64,000 nt of DNA from the IMG/VR virus record IMGVR_UViG_3300045988_137032, positions 96,001-160,000 of that record; one strand, written 5' to 3'. Shown here one piece after another: positions 19,036-26,710 of the stretch. The notes beneath the pieces were generated by a model, which saw only the letters and a program-made list of their open reading frames with translations, ran no database searches and had not been told where the DNA came from. Positions within the stretch are counted from its first letter, which is position 1; every line of letters begins with the position of its first letter. Both the position numbers and the translations under genes were made by a program. Origin of the DNA: a virus.

Positions 19036-19077
19036 AAGTAAGCTAACGGTATAGATACATAAACCGTTAGCTTACTT
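19036..19077 (+). terminator. rho-independent terminator
   Basis: AAGTAAGCTAACGGT/ACCGTTAGCTTACTT followed by TTTTT. Confidence 0.7.
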
Positions 19078-19101
19078 TTTTAAATGAGAGGAGAATAGTT
19101 T

Positions 19102-19332
19102 ATGCCGTTTAAAGTATATATAGAATCTCTTAATACGGTATACACAAAATGTGAGTCATTTGACTCAAAAGACCTCGCACTGTCATACATGGATAATCTT
19201 GCAGAAGAAAAGAGAAATAAGAACGGTAATAAGTCCGTTCGTTATAATAGGAAAACTGGTCGTATGAAATACAGAGAGAAATCTGTATTCGGGACTTATG
19301 TGACTATTAAAGCATGGATTTCTGAAGAATAA
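19102..19332 (+). CDS. hypothetical protein
   Basis: 76-aa ORF with GAGGAG SD. A terminator follows at 19336-19376. Confidence 0.6.
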   Translation: MPFKVYIESLNTVYTKCESFDSKDLALSYMDNLAEEKRNKNGNKSVRYNRKTGRMKYREKSVFGTYVTIKAWISEE

Positions 19333-19397
19333 AAAATACAGACTGAGATTAGATTTATTTCTATCTCAGTCTGTATTTTTTGTCCGTGTAGTCTCCA

Positions 19398-19440
19398 TTT
19401 TCATTTATATATTATAGATGTAATATAAAATGAAAGGAGG
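19398..19440 (+). promoter_or_regulatory. conserved promoter/5'UTR block of a small-gene cassette (copy 1 of 3)
   Basis: TTTCATTTATATATTATAGATGTAATATAAAATGAAAGGAGG. Near-identical blocks occur at 48564 and on the minus strand at 52291-52335. Confidence 0.55.
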
Positions 19441-19449
19441 TGAATGGAC

Positions 19450-19641
19450 ATGTGTATCATTTCAAATACATTTCCATATTGTACTTTTAAAAGTACAGGT
19501 GACATGGAAACATTTGCCAGAATTCACTGCGGACATTTCATCCCGGTGAAGACTGGCAATGCTTCTGTCAGGTCGTGTAATGGTGATAGTGTGACATACT
19601 ATTGCTTCGAACATGACCCGATCAAGCAGTTACAGATGTAA
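19450..19641 (+). CDS. small hypothetical protein, homolog of 48613..48810
   Basis: The ATG at 19450 has the same SD spacing as copy 2. Shares FxSxxxxxxFAxxxCGHF and DPIxxxQ with 48613. Confidence 0.55.
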   Translation: MCIISNTFPYCTFKSTGDMETFARIHCGHFIPVKTGNASVRSCNGDSVTYYCFEHDPIKQLQM

Positions 19642-19656
19642 TTGCTGACAAATGAA

Positions 19657-19697
19657 GAAAGGTTAGATTGGATCTAGCACATCTGATCTAACCTTTC
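19657..19697 (+). terminator. cassette terminator (copy 1 of 3)
   Basis: GAAAGGTTAGAT...ATCTAACCTTTC followed by TTTTTTGTT. The same stem ends and tail occur at 48817 and 52034 (minus). Confidence 0.65.
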
Positions 19698-19801
19698 TTT
19701 TTTGTTGGCATACGTATTAAAACGAATATTAATGATATATTATATATGTGAAATAAAGCAGACAAAAGAGTTGCTTTAAAGTGAAAGAGAGGTTTTAAAT
19801 T

Positions 19802-21595
19802 ATGGCAAAGAATACGTGGAATAAAATGGTTTACCCTGAACGTGCTTACGAATGGATTCGCTACTATGTCCTTGACGGTCTGTTTGATTATATTAATGAG
19901 AAATATAATCCAGTCATCCTTCGTATCATTGAAGATTATATTCGTGAATCGGATAATATTAATGATCGTGAAAGAAAATTGTACGATCTATATATCATCA
20001 AGGGGTTAAACCAGGCTGAAATAGCTGTCGAGTTTGGAGTATCTTATGAGAAAATTAGACAGCTGCTTGCAAAACTTGGAAGAAAGATTCATGGTAGGAA
20101 GATAATTTGTGAGATTCGCAAAAGATATGATCTCATGGTAAATCCTGATGAAGTTATGTATAATGAAGAACTGGATCATTATACACAGGATATCTACATG
20201 CCGGAATGGGATAGCTATGCATGTAGAAAACTTCAGAGATATATTCTGACCAGAATCAATGAGTATCTCTATCCCGATTGCCAGATGCGTGAGCCGTCCA
20301 TTTCTGATATCTTGTCCATTATGGAAGATAAGAATATCACCATGGAGGATATGTTTAACGACATTGACGAAAATATGGCTGAGATGCTTAACTGGTACTT
20401 CTCTGAAAATCCTTATCGTACGGAAGAGTATGAGAAGGATGAACCTGCAACGGTTCTTTATCTCGATTATTCTGAAGTGTTACGTCATCGGAAACCGGTT
20501 TTGCCGAAAGGTAAAAAGAGTATCCGTCGTAAGAAGACATCGGAACAATACAAGTCTGAGTATCATTATGGTGAAATGTATCTTGGACCCGATAAAGTTC
20601 CTATGAAGGACGGCATTCCGAACATATCCTTCTACAAACTTGTCAACTATCCGACGAACGTTATATGGTTTCTGCGTGATGCTAAAGTCATTAGTGGAAT
20701 CGATCGGAGAGAGACTAGACTGACGGAGAAGGAATCGGCAGCAAACTTCATGGGATATGTCTACCGTAAGATGAACGATGATAAAGCTGCAGCTGCATTT
20801 ACCCAGTTCTTCATGCACAACGATGATTCACACATTGATGAGATGGCTATCTATAGTCTTTTCTGTGCTGTGAGAAAAGATCGTGATATCGTAAGACCTC
20901 TTGTCTTAGGTGAAACTGATGCTGCCCGTGCTCAGTTTATGCTTGAGTGCGATACTACCTACAAGAATAACTACAATAAGCACATTGATGATTTCTTTAG
21001 AGGTGTCAAGTCGACCAAATACATTGGCAGCTTCTTTAAAAATCATCCGGAGATTCGGTTTGTTGATGACTTCACATGTGGGATTATCAACGGAACCATC
21101 ACAACCGCAAGCTTCAATAATGATGAAGAAAGCGTCCGGATCATCAATACAGTTATCACACAAGCACCTTTTATCAATTACGATGCTGGCGGATTCGATA
21201 CGAGCAAGTTCAAATGCTATAATATCAAAATGCCACATCTGAAGTTCGTTAAGAATGAACGGGTTAGCCATAAGAGCTTTGATGAAATCGTCAATGACAA
21301 ATCAGTGAATGCCGATAAGTTTGATGCAACTCCTTTGACGATGGATACAGCTGTAGTTTATGATCTTAAGGTTTTCGAGAATGAGACTGAATACTATAAG
21401 ATTATTAATAATGCTGAGATCAAAACCATTGGAAACCTGGTACGTGCTGTCATGAAGGATTATGATTTCTGCGGAGATGCTGGAATTAGTATGGAAACTG
21501 CTCGTAGGATTTTCATCTATGTAGCATATCTTGAAGATGAAATCACTGCCGTTAAAACAAGAAAGGAGCAAAAATATGACCTTCTCGGAATTTAA
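19802..21595 (+). CDS. large protein with N-terminal sigma-70 region-4-like HTH
   Basis: ERKLYDLYIIKGLNQAEIAVEFGVSYEKIRQLLAKLGRKI resembles sigma region 4.2 / LuxR HTH. The remaining ~500 aa are unrecognised. Confidence 0.5.
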   Translation: MAKNTWNKMVYPERAYEWIRYYVLDGLFDYINEKYNPVILRIIEDYIRESDNINDRERKLYDLYIIKGLNQAEIAVEFGVSYEKIRQLLAKLGRKIHGRKIICEIRKRYDLMVNPDEVMYNEELDHYTQDIYMPEWDSYACRKLQRYILTRINEYLYPDCQMREPSISDILSIMEDKNITMEDMFNDIDENMAEMLNWYFSENPYRTEEYEKDEPATVLYLDYSEVLRHRKPVLPKGKKSIRRKKTSEQYKSEYHYGEMYLGPDKVPMKDGIPNISFYKLVNYPTNVIWFLRDAKVISGIDRRETRLTEKESAANFMGYVYRKMNDDKAAAAFTQFFMHNDDSHIDEMAIYSLFCAVRKDRDIVRPLVLGETDAARAQFMLECDTTYKNNYNKHIDDFFRGVKSTKYIGSFFKNHPEIRFVDDFTCGIINGTITTASFNNDEESVRIINTVITQAPFINYDAGGFDTSKFKCYNIKMPHLKFVKNERVSHKSFDEIVNDKSVNADKFDATPLTMDTAVVYDLKVFENETEYYKIINNAEIKTIGNLVRAVMKDYDFCGDAGISMETARRIFIYVAYLEDEITAVKTRKEQKYDLLGI

Positions 21596-21797
21596 GCATA
21601 TTCAATCTGAATATGCGAGGCAATTGGAGAACCTTGAAGATTCGTACCAGAATAAGAAAATTTCTGATACGGACTTCAAGGTTCGTTTCCGTTCTCTTAT
21701 TGAGAACTATCTGATGCATACCAGACCAGATGATGTAATTGACACTGATGTTTACATCATCCAAAATGGTCATGTAGAACTGAAAGTGATTCACTGA
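21576..21797 (+). CDS. hypothetical protein
   Basis: The ATG at 21576 has AAAGGAG upstream. Overlaps the end of the preceding gene. Confidence 0.55.
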   Translation: MTFSEFKHIQSEYARQLENLEDSYQNKKISDTDFKVRFRSLIENYLMHTRPDDVIDTDVYIIQNGHVELKVIH

Positions 21798-21909
21798 GAA
21801 AAGAAAGAAGGTTGTGTATGCAAATTGTGCACAACCTTCTTTTTTAGGATCATAGTAAATAAGATCGCTTTTGACTATCCAGTAATCTGTATACTAGGAG
21901 GTCGATATC

Positions 21910-22230
21910 ATGCCATTCAGATGGGAAACTAGAGAAATCCATGATGAAAACGGAAACGCATACAAGCTATCATTTGAAGAAGCCCAAAAGAAGTATGGCT
22001 TAAAACTTGAATTAGCACCAGACTATATTTGTGATGAATTTAGTAATGATGTATCCGAATACTTCTGTAGCATAAATATAAATGCAAAATCTATTTATGA
22101 GCATAAGAAGTATATTGTGGAAAATTGGCCAGCCACTTCTATTGGCTATATGATTACATTCAAAGAGGCTCAAGATAAATATGGTTATCTTCTTGAAAAA
22201 GCACCGGATGCTGTAAAAAATAGCATTTGA
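21910..22230 (+). CDS. EAQxKYG-repeat protein (2 repeats)
   Basis: LSFEEAQKKYGLKLELAPDY and ITFKEAQDKYGYLLEKAPDA. AGGAGG SD. Confidence 0.65.
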   Translation: MPFRWETREIHDENGNAYKLSFEEAQKKYGLKLELAPDYICDEFSNDVSEYFCSININAKSIYEHKKYIVENWPATSIGYMITFKEAQDKYGYLLEKAPDAVKNSI

Positions 22231-22305
22231 GTGTGAAATAGAAGATGAATCTCAAGATATTACTTACGGTGATATGATCACTATATGATTAAGGAGGTTT
22301 TTATT

Positions 22306-23163
22306 ATGACTTATGAAAGCATTGAAATTATAAAAAAACCTGATGGTACTACAGAATCGCTTACCTTCAGTGAAGCACAGATGAGGTATGGCGATTTCCT
22401 TGAGAAAGGATACCATGAACTTTCGGAACGATTTGAGCCGTGCTTAGTCCATTTCAAAGCAATGAATGCCATTGGCAAAAATGGTTATGAGTTACAAAAG
22501 CTTTTGGCTACAAAGAGGTGTACTCTCATTGATAGCTTCGAAAAAGTGAATCTTACGTTCGGCGAAGCTCAAGAAAAATATGGATTCGATCTTGAGTTTC
22601 TTCCTAGCTATGCAAAAGATGTATGGAAAGACATCTTAGAGAAGTATAACTATCTTACTGGAAAAAAGAAAGATATTGATATCACTACAGTAGATATGAA
22701 GAATGTAAATGAAACTACTGAGACCAGTGATACCAAAATTACTTTTCCCAGTATTTATGTCATCACTTGTACACGTGTACAGATTCCTGACTATACGTAC
22801 GACAATCCTGACGTCTGTGTCAATAATCCAAATATGGAATTTATCTCCACAGAAATCTATGAGGGAAAATACTATACGTCTTCTCGTGAAGCATTAAAAG
22901 CATTGAATTACTCTTATGAACTGGATCTTGATCTTCAGAAGCGTAGGCCGAATTTCTTCCATGTAAGCAAACTCAATACGCACAACTACGTATATTCTGA
23001 AGTTAGTAAATCGCTTAATGGTAGAGATTACTATATCTATTCCATTTCCCAGCTTTCTAAGGAAGGAACTGCTCTTGACATTCAGCATATCTTTGATGAT
23101 ATTGAAGATACGATGTTTAAAGTGAGTGGTCATAAATATAGCAAGAAGGAGTTGTATGAATAA
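22306..23163 (+). CDS. EAQxKYG-repeat protein (2 repeats plus C-terminal domain)
   Basis: LTFSEAQMRYGDFLEKG and LTFGEAQEKYGFDLEFLPSY. The ATG at 22306 has AAGGAGG upstream. Confidence 0.65.
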   Translation: MTYESIEIIKKPDGTTESLTFSEAQMRYGDFLEKGYHELSERFEPCLVHFKAMNAIGKNGYELQKLLATKRCTLIDSFEKVNLTFGEAQEKYGFDLEFLPSYAKDVWKDILEKYNYLTGKKKDIDITTVDMKNVNETTETSDTKITFPSIYVITCTRVQIPDYTYDNPDVCVNNPNMEFISTEIYEGKYYTSSREALKALNYSYELDLDLQKRRPNFFHVSKLNTHNYVYSEVSKSLNGRDYYIYSISQLSKEGTALDIQHIFDDIEDTMFKVSGHKYSKKELYE

Positions 23164-23690
23164 TGGCAGTTATAGTTACCGATGATAATGGAAAATCCCG
23201 TAGTGTAGATATCTCTTTTGAGGAAGCCCAAAGAGTATTTGGACCTATGCTTGGTGATGCACCGGAATTTCTCAAAGCAAAATATGCTAGTCGAATTAAA
23301 GCTGTTCGGGATTGCTTATGTGAATTGGCTACATCTAATTCAAATAAAGAAACCTGTGGAGATAAAATGAAAACTATGTACATTATTAGCAAAGCAAACG
23401 TAACCGTTGATAATACAGGATGTATCCGTAATATTATATCTAGCATCCATGGTGATGCTTATAACACTATCGAATATGCTGCTGATGAAATTATAAAGCT
23501 AAGTAAGCATTATAGCACCATTAGCAGTGAGCTTGGTCTTAATCTTCAGATTTCTATGAGTACTGATGAAGAGACTGGCGAGAGATGTCTAACCGTTTCT
23601 CATGTATCGTATACTCCCCAAGGAAATGGAGATAAGATGTTTGAATGCGAAACGATGGTTGTCTTTAAGATCTGCGAGGTTACTGTATAA
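23163..23690 (+). CDS. EAQxxFG-repeat protein (1 repeat)
   Basis: ISFEEAQRVFGPMLGDAPEF. TAATG overlap with the previous gene. Confidence 0.65.
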   Translation: MAVIVTDDNGKSRSVDISFEEAQRVFGPMLGDAPEFLKAKYASRIKAVRDCLCELATSNSNKETCGDKMKTMYIISKANVTVDNTGCIRNIISSIHGDAYNTIEYAADEIIKLSKHYSTISSELGLNLQISMSTDEETGERCLTVSHVSYTPQGNGDKMFECETMVVFKICEVTV

Positions 23691-23965
23691 TGGATGAATG
23701 GTATCTCGAAAAATACACCATGCAGATGAAAGACTCCATTTGCATTTCCATACTGGCGCAAGCTATTATGAGTAGTTGGAATGGAATGGGTGCTGCTGCA
23801 TATGATGATGAAGCTACACGTAAAAAGCTGTCAAGAGCTATGGACATTGCAAAAGATGTCTATGATAAGAAACTGAGGACTTATCAAAAAGACAGTGATG
23901 GAAACTATATAGATAGTAATGGAGATCACAAAAATAAACCCGGAGTGTCTGTGACATTCAAATGA
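23690..23965 (+). CDS. hypothetical protein
   Basis: 91-aa ORF with TAATG overlap. Confidence 0.55.
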   Translation: MDEWYLEKYTMQMKDSICISILAQAIMSSWNGMGAAAYDDEATRKKLSRAMDIAKDVYDKKLRTYQKDSDGNYIDSNGDHKNKPGVSVTFK

Positions 23966-24046
23966 TAAAAATCACCTAGATACGTTGAATATGCGTATCT
24001 AGGTGATATTATTTTTTTCATAAAGCATTTATAGATTTCAATTACA

Positions 24047-24090
24047 TCTCAAAAAACCTAACAAATGCTATGCATTTGTTAGTTAAATAG
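24047..24090. promoter_or_regulatory. conserved 44-bp block with a 25-bp palindrome (copy 1 of 3)
   Basis: TCTCAAAAAACCTAACAAATGCTATGCATTTGTTAGTTAAATAG. The palindrome CTAACAAATGC-TAT-GCATTTGTTAG spans 24058-24082. Confidence 0.6.
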
Positions 24091-24122
24091 TTGACAAATG
24101 AATGCTAGAAAGAGGTGAGACT

Positions 24123-24443
24123 ATGAATGTACCTATAACACTAGCAAACGGAAATACCGTTGAACTTAATAACATCACTGAATCTGGTAATGGGTATATC
24201 AGATTCAGTGATGGTACCCAGATATGTTATGCTGTATATCAGCATAATAATGAATTATCAACGTATGTATCATTCCCAAGATCATATGCTAAACATATTC
24301 ATGTCATAGCAACACCAATAGATTATAATGATGGAGCTGAAACTATAGTTAATATAGGCCATATAGATCAATATGGGTTTTTATCATATTCGAATTCTAA
24401 TAGTGCAATCATTAACTATATTGCTATAGGTCGTTGGAAATAG
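24123..24443 (+). CDS. standalone tail-fibre-tip-like (gp53-like C-terminal domain) protein
   Basis: NGYIRFSDGTQICYA near the N-terminus and ...NYIAIGRWK at the C-terminus, as in fibre-tip domains (G-x-x-x-x-[NS]G-x-x-I-x-WG ... AIG-x-W). Confidence 0.55.
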   Translation: MNVPITLANGNTVELNNITESGNGYIRFSDGTQICYAVYQHNNELSTYVSFPRSYAKHIHVIATPIDYNDGAETIVNIGHIDQYGFLSYSNSNSAIINYIAIGRWK

Positions 24444-24452
24444 CCTCTTTAT

Positions 24453-24490
24453 AAATGACAGTGTAGATTTTTTAGTCTACACTGTCATTT
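24453..24490 (+). terminator. hairpin after the tip-like gene
   Basis: Perfect 15-bp stem AAATGACAGTGTAGA/TCTACACTGTCATTT. Confidence 0.55.
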
Positions 24491-24516
24491 TAGCACTTGT
24501 ATAGTTTTCAATTGTA

Positions 24517-24560
24517 TCTCAAAAAACCTAACAAATGCTATGCATTTGTTAGTTAAATAG
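24517..24560. promoter_or_regulatory. conserved 44-bp palindrome block (copy 2 of 3)
   Basis: Identical to 24047-24090. Confidence 0.6.
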
Positions 24561-24599
24561 ATGTAATTGGTTGACAAATGCAAGAAAGGAAGTGGTAAA

Positions 24600-24986
24600 A
24601 TGAATGTACCGATGTCATTATCCAGCGGTAAATCCATTGAATTAAACAACATCACTGAATCTGGTACTGGGTATATCAGATTCAGTGATGGTACACAAAT
24701 TTGCTATGGAATATGTAATGCGTTGAATGAATCAGGAATAAAATCAGATAGAGTTGCTGGTAAGTTTACATATCCAAAGTCTTTTATTAGTACGCCTGTA
24801 TGTAGCGTCATTAGACAATATGACAACTATAGTGAAAATATTGATAGTCTTAATAAAAATCTTACAATTGATCGAATCGTATCAAGCAGTTCAATTTGTT
24901 TATTTGATATTGTATGTACAACAGGCGAAATCGTTTTTCCTGATATAACATCTGCTAAATATATAGCAATCGGCCGTTGGAAATAA
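24600..24986 (+). CDS. standalone tail-fibre-tip-like protein (paralog)
   Basis: MNVPMSLSSGKSIELNNITESGTGYIRFSDGTQICYG ... KYIAIGRWK. Confidence 0.55.
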   Translation: MNVPMSLSSGKSIELNNITESGTGYIRFSDGTQICYGICNALNESGIKSDRVAGKFTYPKSFISTPVCSVIRQYDNYSENIDSLNKNLTIDRIVSSSSICLFDIVCTTGEIVFPDITSAKYIAIGRWK

Positions 24987-24995
24987 CTTCCTTAG

Positions 24996-25030
24996 ATTGA
25001 CACTGTAGATGTGTGTTCTACAGTGTCAAT
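24996..25030 (+). terminator. hairpin after the tip-like gene
   Basis: ATTGACACTGTAGA/TCTACAGTGTCAAT. Confidence 0.55.
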
Positions 25031-25075
25031 TATCATCCATTTTCTATCGTAGCATCGTTAGATTTCAAAACTTTT

Positions 25076-25117
25076 TCAAAAAACCTAACAAATGCTATGC
25101 ATTTGTTAGTTAAATAG
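25076..25117. promoter_or_regulatory. conserved palindrome block (copy 3 of 3)
   Basis: TCAAAAAACCTAACAAATGCTATGCATTTGTTAGTTAAATAG. The palindrome spans 25085-25109. Confidence 0.6.
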
Positions 25118-25144
25118 ATGATAAACGGTTAAAGGATGTTTATC

Positions 25145-25549
25145 ATGATTACTAATATGCAACTATCAGATGGATCATGGTACCAAATTGGTGATATAGA
25201 ATCAGTGCATTATGACGATGGTCAAACTGTTATTCGATATAAAAATGGAATCCAAATATCTATGGTCGGTTCTAATATAGTATTAGGTGATGCGAGTTGT
25301 CATAAGATTAATCTAGTACGTCCTTTTGTTGAAGATTCTTTTGTTACGTGTGTTGTATCAGCGAATAACTCAAAGGCTAGTGATGAAAGCAATATCGTTG
25401 AATCAACGGCACACTTAAATTCTTATCTACAGATAGGATCTGTTTCAACATGGAATTGTTTATATGTCTATCCTCAGTGGCTACCAAATGTTCCTACAAT
25501 AGATATTCAGGCCGGAATCCACGCAATTTTATTCGGCCGATGGAAATGA
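25145..25549 (+). CDS. standalone tail-fibre-tip-like protein (divergent paralog)
   Basis: GQTVIRYKNGIQISMVG ... HAILFGRWK. The start could be 25136 or 25145. Confidence 0.5.
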   Translation: MITNMQLSDGSWYQIGDIESVHYDDGQTVIRYKNGIQISMVGSNIVLGDASCHKINLVRPFVEDSFVTCVVSANNSKASDESNIVESTAHLNSYLQIGSVSTWNCLYVYPQWLPNVPTIDIQAGIHAILFGRWK

Positions 25550-25599
25550 GTGTACACTATAGAACTCTACGGGAAGAAATTCTATAATGCACACTCAAA

Positions 25600-25673
25600 T
25601 GCGCTCGGTGGAAGTCGAATCCACACTGAACGAAGCTTAAGTTCGTTGCCTCTGCCAATTGGGCTACCAGCGC
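25600..25673 (-). tRNA. tRNA, anticodon UAA (Leu UUA/UUG by anticodon), class-I architecture, no encoded CCA
   Basis: Minus strand: GCGCTGG-TA-GCCCAATTGGCAGAGGC-A-ACGAA-CTTAAGC-TTCGT-TCAGT-GTGGA-TTCGACT-TCCAC-CGAGCGC-A. Perfect anticodon and T stems, TTCGA T-loop, one G-G mismatch in the acceptor stem. Confidence 0.8.
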
Positions 25674-25715
25674 GTATCTTTTAACTAACTAATAGTTTGT
25701 ATTATAATAAGAAAA

Positions 25716-25753
25716 AAGAAGGAACCTAATCGTTTTGAATTAGGTCCCTTCTT
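25716..25753. terminator. bidirectional terminator between the small-gene array and the tRNA
   Basis: AAGAAGGAACCTAAT/ATTAGGTCCCTTCTT (1 mismatch), with an A-run before and a T-run after. Confidence 0.6.
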
Positions 25754-25756
25754 TTT

Positions 25757-26113
25757 TTAATCCCTATTGTATCCTGTAGACAGTTTCACTCTCACAAGGA
25801 AACTTTCTCCATCCATACCGCTGTCTTTTACATCCATTTCATATTTACATCCATCCACTAATGCATTCACAGCACCAATGAAAATGTCATCATCGAATGC
25901 AATCACGTTCATGACATATCGTTCCGGGTTTAACGAAACACAGCGTCTTTTGTCGAAGTGCAATACCTTTGCATATGCATCTAAGATGATATCTTCTTTC
26001 TTACCATCTTTCTCATATTCCAGTTCATAGTTTTCGTCAGTAATCTTTTTGAATATGATCTTATCATATCCATGGAAATTACTCTCTTCACGAAATACAA
26101 CGGGTTTTATCAT
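25757..26113 (-). CDS. small hypothetical protein (last gene of the minus-strand array)
   Basis: The ATG at 26113 (MIKPVVF) has AAAGGAG upstream. Confidence 0.6.
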   Translation of the reverse strand: MIKPVVFREESNFHGYDKIIFKKITDENYELEYEKDGKKEDIILDAYAKVLHFDKRRCVSLNPERYVMNVIAFDDDIFIGAVNALVDGCKYEMDVKDSGMDGESFLVRVKLSTGYNRD

Positions 26114-26126
26114 GTAGCTTTCTCCT

Positions 26127-26678
26127 TTAATGAATATCAAAATCCTCCAATTTCTTGGAAGCAGGTAATACCGGATGAATGAACCATGCTTTCACAATTC
26201 TTCCCTGAGGATCACGAATATACGTAACCATGCAATTCTTTGCATAGAGCATAATCTGAGGAGACACACTATTCTTGCCAAGACCCAGTTGCTTAGCTTG
26301 CTGATTAGCCTGCTCAAGCACATAGCTAGTAGCAGACTCACAAGTATATTCATACATAGGGAGAATCTTGGGATACCGGTTACTATAAGCAACAACAGCC
26401 ATATCATTCTCCATATCATAGTCTACGCTGGTAACGATATATCCAACCAAGGGAATATCACAGGGGTCTTCACCATCCAGTTCACATTCAAGTGTATAGT
26501 CGTAATTGCGAATGTATTCGTCTTCATCTTGTACGCGTGTTTTGCAATGCAAGTCTGCTCTTTCTTTATTCCCAAAGAAGAATGGGAATACGGTATCAAC
26601 GCAATGATCCGGAGTCATGTTATATGCGTTCATAGAAGTATTCCGGATGCAATGGTTAATCACAACGTATGCTTTCAT
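26127..26678 (-). CDS. MK(V/A)Y(A/V)I-family protein
   Basis: The ATG at 26678 gives MKAYVVINHC. GGAGG SD. Confidence 0.6.
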   Translation of the reverse strand: MKAYVVINHCIRNTSMNAYNMTPDHCVDTVFPFFFGNKERADLHCKTRVQDEDEYIRNYDYTLECELDGEDPCDIPLVGYIVTSVDYDMENDMAVVAYSNRYPKILPMYEYTCESATSYVLEQANQQAKQLGLGKNSVSPQIMLYAKNCMVTYIRDPQGRIVKAWFIHPVLPASKKLEDFDIH

Positions 26679-26710
26679 AATAAGTTTCCTCCATGTGTTA
26701 TATAAGTTGA

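Noticed and set aside
24047-25117. Three identical 44-bp repeats at ~470-560-bp spacing, considered as a possible CRISPR-like array
   Set aside because: The spacers are full genes with SD motifs and terminators, the repeat count is three, and no cas genes are present. This is a cassette duplication.
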